Assembly (NCBI GenBank): GCA_041946855.1
Contig: JBHGBE010000006.1
Coordinates: forward strand, 16,999 to 80,998
Direction: 5' to 3'
Source: Phycisphaerae bacterium
GTDB lineage: Bacteria > Planctomycetota > Phycisphaerae > SM23-33
Length of the DNA: 64,000 bases
Of the stretch, positions 37,279-46,638 are shown in pieces. The notes under the pieces were generated by a model. That model ran no database searches, was not told the origin of the DNA, and saw only the letters and a list, made by a program, of their open reading frames with translations. A program made the translations under genes and the position numbers. Each line of letters begins with the position of its first letter. The first letter of the stretch is position 1.

Positions 37279-37279
37279 A

Positions 37280-39562
37280 ATGACCAGGTCAGTAAAGGAC
37301 ATGCGGTATTCCCGCCGCCCACCCTTTGCCTTATGCATTCTGCCTCTTGCATTTTGCCTTTCTTTCCTGCTTCTTGGCCCCTCGACGGCCGGCGCGCAGG
37401 CCAGGCCCTATATCGGCTTCGTCTATCCGGCCGGCGGCCAGCAGGGGACCACTTTCCAGATAAGAATCGGCGGGCAGAACACCGACGGCGCCAGCGCGGT
37501 GATCGTCTCCGGCACAGGCGTCCACGCCAGGATCACGGAGTACTTCGGCAGACTGGGCAACCAGGAAATGTCGCTGATGCGGGAGCAACTTGGCGAGTTG
37601 CAGAAGGCTGCCAAGGCCGCCGCGGCCAAGTCCGGCACGTCCGGCAAGGCCGCTGCCCCGGGCATGATGGACTCCCCGCCGATGATGGCACAGCCCGGCA
37701 TGATGATGGACACGCCCGGCAAGTCCGGCCCATCCGGCGCGATGGAAGGCGAAGAGGGCAGGATCATGGCCAGGATTGAGAAACGCCTGGCCGAGTACGT
37801 CAACACGCCGGCCAGCGCCGCGATGTCCAGCCTGTCGTTCGTCGAGGTGACGATTGCGCCCGACGCCGCCCCCGGCCGGCGTGAGATCAGGCTGGTGACG
37901 CTCCGCGGAATCTCCAACCCGATGGTCTTCCACGTCGGCCAGGTTCCCGAGACCGCCCGCAAGCCGATGCTCTCGGCCAGCCTCCAGGTCCTTGGCAAGG
38001 AGGAATCCGCTCTCCGCAAGAGGCCGCCGGAGGAGGAGGAAGTCCGCATCGCCCTCCCATGCACCGCCAACGGGCAGATCGCCTCGGGCGAGGTGAACCG
38101 CTACCGCTTCGAGGCCCGCAAGGGGCAGCGGCTGCTGCTGTCCGTCGAGGGCCGCTCGCTGAATCCCTACATCGCCGACGCCGTTCCCGGCTGGTTCCAG
38201 CCGATCCTGTCGGTCTGCGACGCCGACGGCAAGGAAATGGCGTTCTGCGACGACTATCGCTTCAAGCCCGACCCAGTCATCTTCTTCGAGGCGCCCAAGG
38301 ACGGCCAGTACGTGGCCAGCATCATCGACGCCATCTATCGCGGCCGTGAGGACTTCGTCTACCGCCTCACCATCGGCGAGTTGCCGTTCGTGACGGGCAT
38401 CTTCCCTTTAGGCGGCAAGGCGGGGGAACTGCCGAAGATCGAGATGACCGGCTGGAACATCGACAAGGCAGTGCTGACCCAGCCTCCAAAGGACGCCGGG
38501 CCGGGAATCCACTACGTCACCGCGAGCAAGGGCGGCCTCGTCTCCAACCGCCTGCCCTTCGCCGTCGACACGCTGCCCGAAATCTTCGAGAGGGAGCCCA
38601 ACAACAGCGTCTCGGCCGCGCAGAAGGTGACGTTGCCCGTCATCGTCAACGGGCGCATCGACCGCCCGGACGACTGGGACGTGTTCCAGTTCACCGGCCA
38701 GGCCGGGGACACGGTGGTCGCGGAGGTCATCGCCCGCCGGCTGGAGTCGCCGCTGGATTCGGTGCTGGAGCTGACCGACGCGACGGGCAAGGTGCTCGCG
38801 ATGAACGACGACCACGAGGACCCCGAAGCGGGCGTCAACACGCACGACGCCGATTCGTACCTGATGTTCAAGCTGCCGGCCGATGGGACCTATTACATCC
38901 GCCTGGGCGACACCGACCGCAACGGCGGCCCGGAGTACGCCTACCGGCTGCGGATCAGCCAGCCGCGGCCGGATTTCTCGCTGTTCGCCGTGCCGACAAG
39001 CGCCGCCATGGCCGCCAAGGGCAGCGCCTACCTCAAGGTAGTGGCCGTTCGCAAGGACGGCTTCATGGGTCCCATCACGCTGAACTTCAAGGACCTGCCC
39101 GGCGGGTTCACGGCGACGGCAGGCTCGGTCCCCAAGGGCGCGACGGCCGGGAACATGAGCCTGAAGACCACGCTGGCGGCCACGACCCAGCCGGTCAACC
39201 TGACTGTGGAAGGCAAGGCGAAGTTCGGCCAGGTTGACCTCTCGCACGAGGCCCTGCCCGCGGAAGACCGCATGCAGGCATTCCTCTGGCGGCACCTGGT
39301 GCCCGCCGAGGACCTGAAGGTGCTGGTCTACGACCCCGCCTATTCGCCCCCGCCTAAGCGGGTCCCCCCACCCAGGCCGGTCCAGACCAGGCCAGCCTCC
39401 ACGCAAACCAGACCGGCGCCCGCCTCAGGCGCGGCCAAGCCAAGATTCTCCAAGCGCGAGGTCGCCGGACTCATCCGCCAGCTCAAGTGGCTCTACGAGG
39501 AGGGACTGATCACGGATGGCTTCTACGGCCGCAAAATGGCCGAGTGCGAAGCCGCGGAATGA
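37280..39562 (+). CDS. Secreted protein with pre-peptidase C-terminal (PPC)-like beta domains
   Basis: Signal peptide ...MRYSRRPPFALCILPLAFCLSFLLLGPSTAGAQA, so the start is ambiguous between 37259, 37280 and 37301. PPC-like segment REPNNSVSAAQKVTLPVIVNGRIDRPDDWDVFQF. Confidence 0.55.
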   Translation: MTRSVKDMRYSRRPPFALCILPLAFCLSFLLLGPSTAGAQARPYIGFVYPAGGQQGTTFQIRIGGQNTDGASAVIVSGTGVHARITEYFGRLGNQEMSLMREQLGELQKAAKAAAAKSGTSGKAAAPGMMDSPPMMAQPGMMMDTPGKSGPSGAMEGEEGRIMARIEKRLAEYVNTPASAAMSSLSFVEVTIAPDAAPGRREIRLVTLRGISNPMVFHVGQVPETARKPMLSASLQVLGKEESALRKRPPEEEEVRIALPCTANGQIASGEVNRYRFEARKGQRLLLSVEGRSLNPYIADAVPGWFQPILSVCDADGKEMAFCDDYRFKPDPVIFFEAPKDGQYVASIIDAIYRGREDFVYRLTIGELPFVTGIFPLGGKAGELPKIEMTGWNIDKAVLTQPPKDAGPGIHYVTASKGGLVSNRLPFAVDTLPEIFEREPNNSVSAAQKVTLPVIVNGRIDRPDDWDVFQFTGQAGDTVVAEVIARRLESPLDSVLELTDATGKVLAMNDDHEDPEAGVNTHDADSYLMFKLPADGTYYIRLGDTDRNGGPEYAYRLRISQPRPDFSLFAVPTSAAMAAKGSAYLKVVAVRKDGFMGPITLNFKDLPGGFTATAGSVPKGATAGNMSLKTTLAATTQPVNLTVEGKAKFGQVDLSHEALPAEDRMQAFLWRHLVPAEDLKVLVYDPAYSPPPKRVPPPRPVQTRPASTQTRPAPASGAAKPRFSKREVAGLIRQLKWLYEEGLITDGFYGRKMAECEAAE

Positions 39563-39841
39563 GACGCCTGCGCGGTCAGTCCGCCCGATACTTCGACGAG
39601 TTCCTGATTCAGGCGCAGACGCACTCGCCCTCAGAAACCACTTTCGCACTCTTGCACCTGTCCTCCCGGGCCCGAAGTGCCGCCTTGCCCGCGCGGGCGT
39701 CGGCGCAAGACACCGTCCCATCGCAGGCCGCACGGCCGTGAAGCTCCAGCACCCTCGACGCGTCGTGCATGAGGACGATCCGCGTGTTTGCCGCGCAGTA
39801 GCCCCCAGGGCGGCGCGTGCGCGGAATTTCTCCTTTTTCCA

Positions 39842-39868
39842 TTGCTTCGTTGTTTGGCGAAGTATAAT
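39842..39868 (+). promoter_or_regulatory. Sigma70-like promoter TTGCTT-15-TATAAT for the metalloid island
   Basis: Located in an AT-rich patch ~30 nt upstream of the DGC gene ATG (39898), whose Shine-Dalgarno is AGGAGA. Confidence 0.4.
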
Positions 39869-39897
39869 AATAGCGGCAATGGACATAGGAGAAAGCC

Positions 39898-40278
39898 ATG
39901 GCGAATTGCTCATGCGGCCCTGACGCCCGGAAGACGGTCCTGATCTACGCCTGTTCCGGCGGGGCCAACGTCGCCGAGATCGCGGACAAGGCCGCCCGCG
40001 AGCTGATGTTCGGCGGCTGCGGGTCGATGTTCTGCCTGGCCGGACTTGGCGCCGGCATACAGGGCATGATCCAGACGGCCAAGGACGCGGACGTGAATCT
40101 GGTGATCGACGGCTGCCCGATGGACTGCGCGAGGAAAGTCTTCGAGAAGGCCGGCATTGCCAACTACCGCTATGTCAAGGTGACCGACTTGGGCATCGAG
40201 AAGGCAAAGGGCGTCCGGGCCACGGATGAACAGGTCGCCAAGGTCGTGGCCAAGGTCAAGGAAGTTCTGGCCGGGTAG
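39898..40278 (+). CDS. DGC domain zinc-binding protein
   Basis: MANCSCGPD...LVIDGCPMDCARK: Cys pattern and the DGC signature. Confidence 0.65.
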   Translation: MANCSCGPDARKTVLIYACSGGANVAEIADKAARELMFGGCGSMFCLAGLGAGIQGMIQTAKDADVNLVIDGCPMDCARKVFEKAGIANYRYVKVTDLGIEKAKGVRATDEQVAKVVAKVKEVLAG

Positions 40279-40290
40279 AGGCATGGCCCG

Positions 40291-41112
40291 ATGAGCATGG
40301 GCGCATTAGTTGGCACGTTCCCGCGGCGCGGCGAGTTCGACAAGGCCAGGGCATGCCTGGACGCGCTGGGTCTGCCGCATGAGGTGATCTCGCCTGATCC
40401 CGCGTACTCCAGCGTCGGCGTGCCATCGCTCGCGCTGGATCAGGAGGCCCACAAGACGCTCTATGCAAGGTATCCGAACGCCTTCACCTGCTCGGGTTGG
40501 GTGGACTACCGGCCGGTCAAGGCCGCTGTTCCCGCCGAAGCCCCAAAGACCTACCTCGACGATGTGTTCGGCACTGCTGCGATCATGGTCCTGGCCCCAT
40601 GCGTGGCGGACACGGCGAAGATCCGCCTGATCGCCCACATATCGGGCGACCTGACCGAGGTCTTCCCCTACATGAACGCCGTGATGCGCGAGGCATCCTA
40701 CAACAAGGCCGGACCGACGTTCACGTTCATGGACGGCTACAGGATGGTCTCCGTATACCCGCGCCGGATCGCCGTCGCCAAGGCCGATGACATCGTGGAC
40801 GGCTGGCGAGTGCTGGAGGCCCTTCGCCGGAGGGCCAACGAGACCTGGCAGGCGCGAGCCGGTATCGAGCCATCCTACGAGATGCGCGAGAAGCCGCCGG
40901 CTCTGGAGATATTCAGACGCCTGCCCCGGACCAACTGCCGCTCGTGCGGCGAGCAGACCTGCCTGGCGTTCGCGGTCCGCGTCTACATGGGCGAGTTGCC
41001 GGCCGTGAGGTGCAGGCCGGTCTTCGTCGGGGAATTCCGACACCTGAAGGATGCACTGGTGGAGATATGCGCCGGCCTGGGCGTCGAGACTTCCGCGGCT
41101 GTAACAGGATGA
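40291..41112 (+). CDS. Putative Fe-S cluster-binding protein (C-terminal CX2CX4CX16C motif)
   Basis: C-terminal NCRSCGEQTCLAFAVRVYMGELPAVRC matches the 4-Cys Fe-S domain spacing exactly. The N-terminal region has no assignable family. Confidence 0.5.
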   Translation: MSMGALVGTFPRRGEFDKARACLDALGLPHEVISPDPAYSSVGVPSLALDQEAHKTLYARYPNAFTCSGWVDYRPVKAAVPAEAPKTYLDDVFGTAAIMVLAPCVADTAKIRLIAHISGDLTEVFPYMNAVMREASYNKAGPTFTFMDGYRMVSVYPRRIAVAKADDIVDGWRVLEALRRRANETWQARAGIEPSYEMREKPPALEIFRRLPRTNCRSCGEQTCLAFAVRVYMGELPAVRCRPVFVGEFRHLKDALVEICAGLGVETSAAVTG

Positions 41113-41143
41113 GCAAGGAAATCGACCATCTACGGAGAAGCTG

Positions 41144-41377
41144 ATGAAGAAGCTACAGATACTGGGAACGGGCTGCCCCAAGTGCAAGAAGCTGGCCGAG
41201 AACGCCGAGGCGGCGGCAAAGGCGATGGGCATCCAGTACACGATCGAGAAGGTCACGGACATCAACGAGATCATGAAGTTCGGCGTGATGATGACGCCCG
41301 CCCTGGCCGTGGACGGGGTGGTGAAGGTCGTGGGCAGGGTCCCCGACTCCGAGGCGATCAAGGCGATGCTCGGATAG
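41144..41377 (+). CDS. Small thioredoxin-family protein (redox-active disulfide protein 2-like, CPKC)
   Basis: 76 aa MKKLQILGTGCPKCKKLAENAE...; GGAGAAG Shine-Dalgarno upstream. Confidence 0.75.
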   Translation: MKKLQILGTGCPKCKKLAENAEAAAKAMGIQYTIEKVTDINEIMKFGVMMTPALAVDGVVKVVGRVPDSEAIKAMLG

Positions 41378-41394
41378 GTCCGTGGCCGCCAGGC

Positions 41395-41847
41395 ATGATG
41401 GCCAACAAGGAAAGGATTTCGGAAATGAGAAGATGGCTGCGAGAGCATGGATGCCTGTTCACGCTGTTTGCCCTGGCGGGCCTGTCCGGGCTGCTGGGGA
41501 CAGGTTGCCAGCAGGCCCAGACATCGAACCTGACATACCAGCCCACTGGCACGCCGCGTCTGGTGGAGCTTGGCACGGCCGCCTGCATCCCCTGCGCGTT
41601 GATGCGGCCGGGCCTGGACGAACTGAAGGCGCAGTACGCCGGGCGGCTTGAGGTGGAGGTCATCGACACGCTGTACGACCCCGGCGCGAAGACGCAGTAC
41701 AAGGCCCCCTTCTGCGCAACGCAGATATACATTGCGGCGTCGGGCAAGGAGCTGTACCGCCACGTCGGCTATGCGTCCAAGGAGGAGATACTTGCGAACT
41801 GGCGGCGACTGGGCGTGGACCTGACTGCTCCGCCGCCGCGGCAATAG
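41395..41847 (+). CDS. Thioredoxin-like lipoprotein (CIPC active site)
   Basis: Lipobox LLGTGC, then ...LVELGTAACIPCALMRPGLDELKAQYAGRLEVEVIDT... thioredoxin fold. Confidence 0.65.
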   Translation: MMANKERISEMRRWLREHGCLFTLFALAGLSGLLGTGCQQAQTSNLTYQPTGTPRLVELGTAACIPCALMRPGLDELKAQYAGRLEVEVIDTLYDPGAKTQYKAPFCATQIYIAASGKELYRHVGYASKEEILANWRRLGVDLTAPPPRQ

Positions 41848-41997
41848 CGGGTGCAGGCAGTGTCACAGACGATGCTCAGCCAGTGTCCTTGCAGCGGCGG
41901 CGGCGCGGGCGGGGCCGCCGCGTGGCTCGCCCTGGCCGTGGGCCTGGGCGCGTGGCTGCTCGTCCGATACGTCTGGAACAAGGAAGGTGCTTCAGTC

Positions 41998-43275
41998 ATG
42001 GGCAAGATCGGAAAGATCGCAATTGTCGTCCTGTTGGCTGTTGTGGTTGTCGCCATCGTCGTGATGAAGAACAGCGGCCCTTCGGCGCCGCCCGCGCAGG
42101 CGCCCGTCCAAGCAGCCGGGCTGCCACGCCTGGTCGACCTTGGCTCCACCACATGCATCCCGTGCAAGATGATGGCCCCGGTCCTGGAGGAATTGGCAAG
42201 AGAATACGCCGGCCGGATGCGGGTTGAGTTCATCAATGTCCAGGAGAACCCCGACGCGGCCAAGCCCTACGGCATCAAGCTGATCCCCACCCAGGTGTTC
42301 TACGACGCCTCCGGCGCGGAGATAGACCGCAACGAGGGCTTCATCTCCAAGGAGGACATCCTGGCGAGGTTCGGGGCGAAGGGAATTCTGTTCGCCGCCC
42401 CGCCTCCGGCCGCCTCCCAGCCGGCCGACGCTCCGGCCTTTGAGCGGCTTGAGCCCGCCCAGGCGGATACACGGGCCAAGGACGCCATCTGCTTCATGTG
42501 CGACCGCGATATCTCCCCCAAGACGCTGGTGGTCGTCAGGAGCGACAAGGGCGACGTCCGCCTGTGCGGCCCGCACTGCTTCTTCATCATGTACTCCTGC
42601 CTGACGGAGGACAAGACGGGCCTTGAGAAGAAGGTCTCCGTCACCGATTGGGCGACGGGCAAGCTGGTTGCGGCGACGGAGGCGACCTACCTCTACGGCC
42701 TGGACGCCGGGACAGGCCGTCCGACGATCAGAGCGTTCGCGGAAAAGGACGCCGCCGGCGCGGAGCTGAAGGCGTCGGGCGGCAGCCTGATCGGCTGGCA
42801 AGTGCTGCGGGACAAGGAACTGGAGAACCGTTGCGGGTTCTGCGATCGCGCCTGCTACCCGGCCGATTCGGCGAAGGTCACGGTCGGCGGCCTGAGCACG
42901 CTCGGATGCTGCTCGCACTGCGCGCTAGGCGTGGCCGCCCGTACGGGCAAGGACATCGAGGTCCACGAGCGGGACCGCCTGACCGGCGAAGAGATCGTCG
43001 TGAAGACCGCCGACGGCGGCGTGGCCTCGATCCAGCCGGCCACGGCCGTCGCGTGGTTCGGCCTGCGCAAAGGCGCGGACGGCAAGTTCGCGTCGGCAGG
43101 CTGCTTCCACCAGGGCTTCTTCGTCAACGCGGACAACCTGAGAAAGTGGGTCGAACAGAATCCATTGGAGACCGGCAGGCTTATCACCATACAGCAGGCA
43201 TTGGCCGACAAGATGAAGCTTACCGCCCAGCAGATTCAGAAGGCGTGCAAGATCGGCCAGTGCGCCCCCAAGTAG
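41998..43275 (+). CDS. Membrane-anchored thioredoxin-domain protein fused to two TRASH/YHS-like metal-binding domains
   Basis: TM anchor, Trx fold with CIPC (LVDLGSTTCIPCKMMAPVLEELAREYAGRMRV). Then CFMC-x21-CGPHC and CGFC-x21-CCSHC, each matching C-x2-C-x19-22-C-x3-C. AAGGAAGG Shine-Dalgarno upstream. Confidence 0.65.
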   Translation: MGKIGKIAIVVLLAVVVVAIVVMKNSGPSAPPAQAPVQAAGLPRLVDLGSTTCIPCKMMAPVLEELAREYAGRMRVEFINVQENPDAAKPYGIKLIPTQVFYDASGAEIDRNEGFISKEDILARFGAKGILFAAPPPAASQPADAPAFERLEPAQADTRAKDAICFMCDRDISPKTLVVVRSDKGDVRLCGPHCFFIMYSCLTEDKTGLEKKVSVTDWATGKLVAATEATYLYGLDAGTGRPTIRAFAEKDAAGAELKASGGSLIGWQVLRDKELENRCGFCDRACYPADSAKVTVGGLSTLGCCSHCALGVAARTGKDIEVHERDRLTGEEIVVKTADGGVASIQPATAVAWFGLRKGADGKFASAGCFHQGFFVNADNLRKWVEQNPLETGRLITIQQALADKMKLTAQQIQKACKIGQCAPK

Positions 43276-43314
43276 GCATCAACGGACCGAAACGCGAAGA
43301 AAGCGAGCAAGACA

Positions 43315-44256
43315 ATGAGAGTATTCAGCATCACGACGGCGTTCCTGGCCCTGGGAGTTCTGTGCGCTCAGGCTGCCGACAAGCCCGCGGCGGCTCCGGC
43401 GCCTGCGGCCGCGTCGCAGCCGGCGTCCGTCAACGACGCCTACCCCGAACTTGCCACAAGCGGCCTGACCTTCTCCCGGCTTGCCGACCTTCCCAAGGGC
43501 ACGCTCCTGAAGGCGGGCGACATGACAATCACGGACAAGCAGATCGCCGACGAGATCGCCAAGGCGCCGAAGGATGTCCAGGACCAGCTCAGGAAGAACG
43601 CCTTCTTCCTCCTGGAGCAGATGGCGACCAAGGCCCTGCTGCTCAAGGAGGCCAAAGCCGATGCGGGCAAGGAACCGGCGGCGGGCGACGACAGCACCCT
43701 CATCCAGGGCTACCTGGGCAAGCTGGCGGACAAGGTGAAGATCAGCGACGGCGAAGTCTCGGAGTTCTACAAGAACAATAAGGACGCCGTGGGCGGCGCC
43801 GAGCTGGACAAGGTCAAGCCCCAGATCGTCCAGTACCTGCGCCAGGAGAAGGCCCAAGTGCTGATCTGGCAGCACGTCAAGGCCCTGGGGCAGCGCACGG
43901 CCATCGAGGTCTCGGCGGCGTGGGCCAAGGAGCAGGCCGTGCTTGCCAAGGACAACCCCGTGGACAAGGCCCGCGCCAGCGGCAGGCCGTCGCTCGTGGA
44001 CTTCGGCTCCAAGGGCTGCAAGCCCTGCGACATGCTCGCCCCGATCCTGGCGACGCTCAAGACAAGGTACGAGGGCAAGGCCAACGTTCTGTTCGTGTCT
44101 GTGGTCGAGGAGCGGATACTGGCCGCGCGCTACGGGATCAGCTCGATTCCCGTCCAGGTCTTCTACGACAAGGACGGTAAGGAAGTATCCCGCCACGTGG
44201 GATTCTACCCGCAGGAGGAAATCGAGAAGGAGATGGCCAAGCTCGGAGTGAAGTAG
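43315..44256 (+). CDS. Periplasmic thioredoxin-like protein (CKPC) with N-terminal chaperone-like domain
   Basis: Signal peptide MRVFSITTAFLALGVLCAQAAD and a C-terminal Trx fold ...LVDFGSKGCKPCDMLAPILATLKTRYEGKANVLFV.... Confidence 0.65.
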   Translation: MRVFSITTAFLALGVLCAQAADKPAAAPAPAAASQPASVNDAYPELATSGLTFSRLADLPKGTLLKAGDMTITDKQIADEIAKAPKDVQDQLRKNAFFLLEQMATKALLLKEAKADAGKEPAAGDDSTLIQGYLGKLADKVKISDGEVSEFYKNNKDAVGGAELDKVKPQIVQYLRQEKAQVLIWQHVKALGQRTAIEVSAAWAKEQAVLAKDNPVDKARASGRPSLVDFGSKGCKPCDMLAPILATLKTRYEGKANVLFVSVVEERILAARYGISSIPVQVFYDKDGKEVSRHVGFYPQEEIEKEMAKLGVK

Positions 44257-44955
44257 ATGGAGCAGCTCTTCACAACCCTGACCCGTGCCGTCGAGGGCGC
44301 GCCGGCGATAGCCCTGGGCGCTTCCTTCATCTGGGGCATACTGAGCATACTTCTCAGTCCGTGCCATCTGTCGAGCATCCCGCTGATTGTCGGGTTCATC
44401 GACCAGCAGGGGCGGGTCTCTCCGCGAAGGGCGTTCGGCATATCCGGCCTGTTCGCCGTTGGGATTCTCATCACGATCGCGGCGATCGGCGCGGTCACGG
44501 CCGCCGCCGGGCGGATGATGGGCGATGTCGGCCGGTACGGCAACTATGTCATCGCGGGGCTCTTCTTCCTCGTCGGCCTGGTCCTGCTGGATGTGATCCC
44601 CATGCCATTTTCCGGCCCCGGCGCGGTGGGCCTGAAGCGCAAGGGGTTTTTGGCCGCCTTCATCCTTGGCCTGGTGTTCGGCGTGGCCCTGGGCCCATGC
44701 ACTTTCGCGTACATGGCGCCGATGCTGGGCGTCACCTTCAAGCTGGCGGCGGCGAATGTGGTGTATGGGGTCGCCCTGCTGGCCGCCTACGGCGTGGGAC
44801 ACTGCTCGGTGATCGTCCTGGCCGGCACATCGACCGGCTGGGTGCAGAAGTACCTGAACTGGAATGAGAAGTCCAGGGGCGCGGTCATCCTCAAGAAGGT
44901 CTGCGGCCTGCTGGTGCTGGCCGGCGGGGTGTACCTGATATACGTGGCCGGATGA
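44257..44955 (+). CDS. ccdA: Cytochrome c-type biogenesis protein CcdA / DsbD-like transmembrane electron transporter
   Basis: Polytopic membrane protein with two conserved Cys (...LLSPCHLSSIPL... and ...ALGPCTFAYMAPML...). Its start abuts the preceding stop. Confidence 0.8.
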   Translation: MEQLFTTLTRAVEGAPAIALGASFIWGILSILLSPCHLSSIPLIVGFIDQQGRVSPRRAFGISGLFAVGILITIAAIGAVTAAAGRMMGDVGRYGNYVIAGLFFLVGLVLLDVIPMPFSGPGAVGLKRKGFLAAFILGLVFGVALGPCTFAYMAPMLGVTFKLAAANVVYGVALLAAYGVGHCSVIVLAGTSTGWVQKYLNWNEKSRGAVILKKVCGLLVLAGGVYLIYVAG

Positions 44956-44982
44956 GCCTGGGTTGAGTCGAGGAATGCAGTA

Positions 44983-46533
44983 ATGATCAGTTGGAAGACG
45001 GAATGGAAGAAGCTGCTGGCCATCGTGGTTGTGTTCCTGGCCTTCCTCTGGCTTCCGCTGGGCTGGAGCCGTTTTGACAACGCGGTCACGGAGGCACTGG
45101 CCCTGGCCAAGTGGTACGCCCAGGAGCACGTTCTGCTGTGCCTGGTGCCTGCCTTCTTCATCGCCGGCGCTATCGGCGTGTTCGTCAGCCAGGCTTCCGT
45201 GATGAAGTACCTTGGGGCCAGGGCCAACAAGGTGATGGCCTACGGCGTGGCGGGCGTATCAGGCACGATCCTGGCCGTCTGCTCCTGCACCGTCCTTCCG
45301 CTGTTCACGGGCATCTATCGCATGGGGGCCGGATTGGGCCCCGCCATCGCGTTCCTCTACTCCGGGCCGGCCATCAGCGTCCTGGCCATTGTGCTCACCG
45401 CCCGGATTCTCGGCCCGGAGCTGGGCATCGCCCGCGCCGTCGGGGCCGTCAGCTTCAGCGTCATCATCGGCCTGGCCATGCACTTCATCTACCGCAAGGA
45501 GGAGATCCAGAAGGCCAACGGGCAGATGGCCATGCCGGAACCGGAGGTCAAGCGCCCGCTGTGGCAGAACGCGGCATTCTTCGCCGCCCTGGTGGGCATC
45601 CTCGTCTTCGCCAACTGGGCCAGGCCCGCTGAAGTTCGCGTAACGGTCATCGACCACCACGGCGACTCGACCACCTACGGGGGGATCATCGAGCGACAGG
45701 ACGAAGGCTCGATCCAGCTACGAGGCTACGTGCAGGCAAGCGCCGGCTTGTCGGCGGCGGCAGTATTCGAGATCCCGCGGGCCGGCGCCGCGGTCGAACC
45801 GGCGGGGGGGGCTTGGTGGGCCCTATTCCACGCCAAGTGGTTCATCACCGGCGCTCTGGCGGCTGCATTAGGGCTTATTCTGGTCTTCTGGTTCGGCCTG
45901 AGATGGTGGAAGGTCGCCGCGGCCGGCCTGCCGGCGGCGGTCCTTGCGGTCATCCTGCCCACTGACGGCCTTATGGTGATGGTCCCCTTCGCCGCGGCGG
46001 TCCTGGGGCTGTCGGCAATCACCAGCACCGACAAGGGCGAGGCAGGCGAGTGGTTCGCCTCCACGTGGGCCTTCGCCAAACAGATAATGCCTTTGCTGCT
46101 CGTGGGTGTGCTGGTCGCGGGGTTCCTGCTGGGGCGGGTTGGCAAGGAAGGCATTATCCCCAGCCAATACGTGCGGATGCTCGTCGGCGACAAGCCGGAC
46201 ACGTTCCTGTCCATGACCGCCCTGGCCGGCGGCTCGTCGGAGGCGTTCATCCGGACGATCTGGCCGGTCTGGACGAACTTCTTCGCCTCGGTCTTCGGGG
46301 CGTTCATGTACTTCGCCACGTTGACCGAGGTGCCGATCGTCCAGGGCCTGATCGGCTCGGGCATGGGCAAGGGGCCGGTCCTGGCGCTGCTGCTGTCGGG
46401 CCCGAGCCTGTCGCTGCCGAGCATGCTGGTGATCGCCAGCGTGCTGGGCGCCAGGAAGACGGCGGTCTATGTGACGCTGGTGATCGTCCTGTCCACGGCG
46501 GCCGGGATGATCTTCGGCGCGGTCTGGGGTTAG
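44983..46533 (+). CDS. ArsP-like permease (DUF318/PF03773) with ~120-aa internal insertion
   Basis: Conserved ...AVCSCTVLPLF... Cys motif in the N-terminal repeat and ...GGSSEAFIRTIWPVW... C-terminal repeat. An extra TM-containing insert separates the two halves. Confidence 0.65.
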   Translation: MISWKTEWKKLLAIVVVFLAFLWLPLGWSRFDNAVTEALALAKWYAQEHVLLCLVPAFFIAGAIGVFVSQASVMKYLGARANKVMAYGVAGVSGTILAVCSCTVLPLFTGIYRMGAGLGPAIAFLYSGPAISVLAIVLTARILGPELGIARAVGAVSFSVIIGLAMHFIYRKEEIQKANGQMAMPEPEVKRPLWQNAAFFAALVGILVFANWARPAEVRVTVIDHHGDSTTYGGIIERQDEGSIQLRGYVQASAGLSAAAVFEIPRAGAAVEPAGGAWWALFHAKWFITGALAAALGLILVFWFGLRWWKVAAAGLPAAVLAVILPTDGLMVMVPFAAAVLGLSAITSTDKGEAGEWFASTWAFAKQIMPLLLVGVLVAGFLLGRVGKEGIIPSQYVRMLVGDKPDTFLSMTALAGGSSEAFIRTIWPVWTNFFASVFGAFMYFATLTEVPIVQGLIGSGMGKGPVLALLLSGPSLSLPSMLVIASVLGARKTAVYVTLVIVLSTAAGMIFGAVWG

Positions 46534-46638
46534 GCCGCGACCTCGTCGCGCAAGGCCCCAGCAGCGGCCGGCGCCGGCGCGGCGGCCTTCGTATAATGGT
46601 CCTGGGTTTGTTCAACGTGATCATGTGAGACTATCGAG

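Noticed and set aside
35715-37352. 545-aa minus-strand ORF antisense to the DUF1501 gene
   Set aside because: DUF1501 on the plus strand has a Tat signal and conserved motifs; the antisense ORF is low-complexity.
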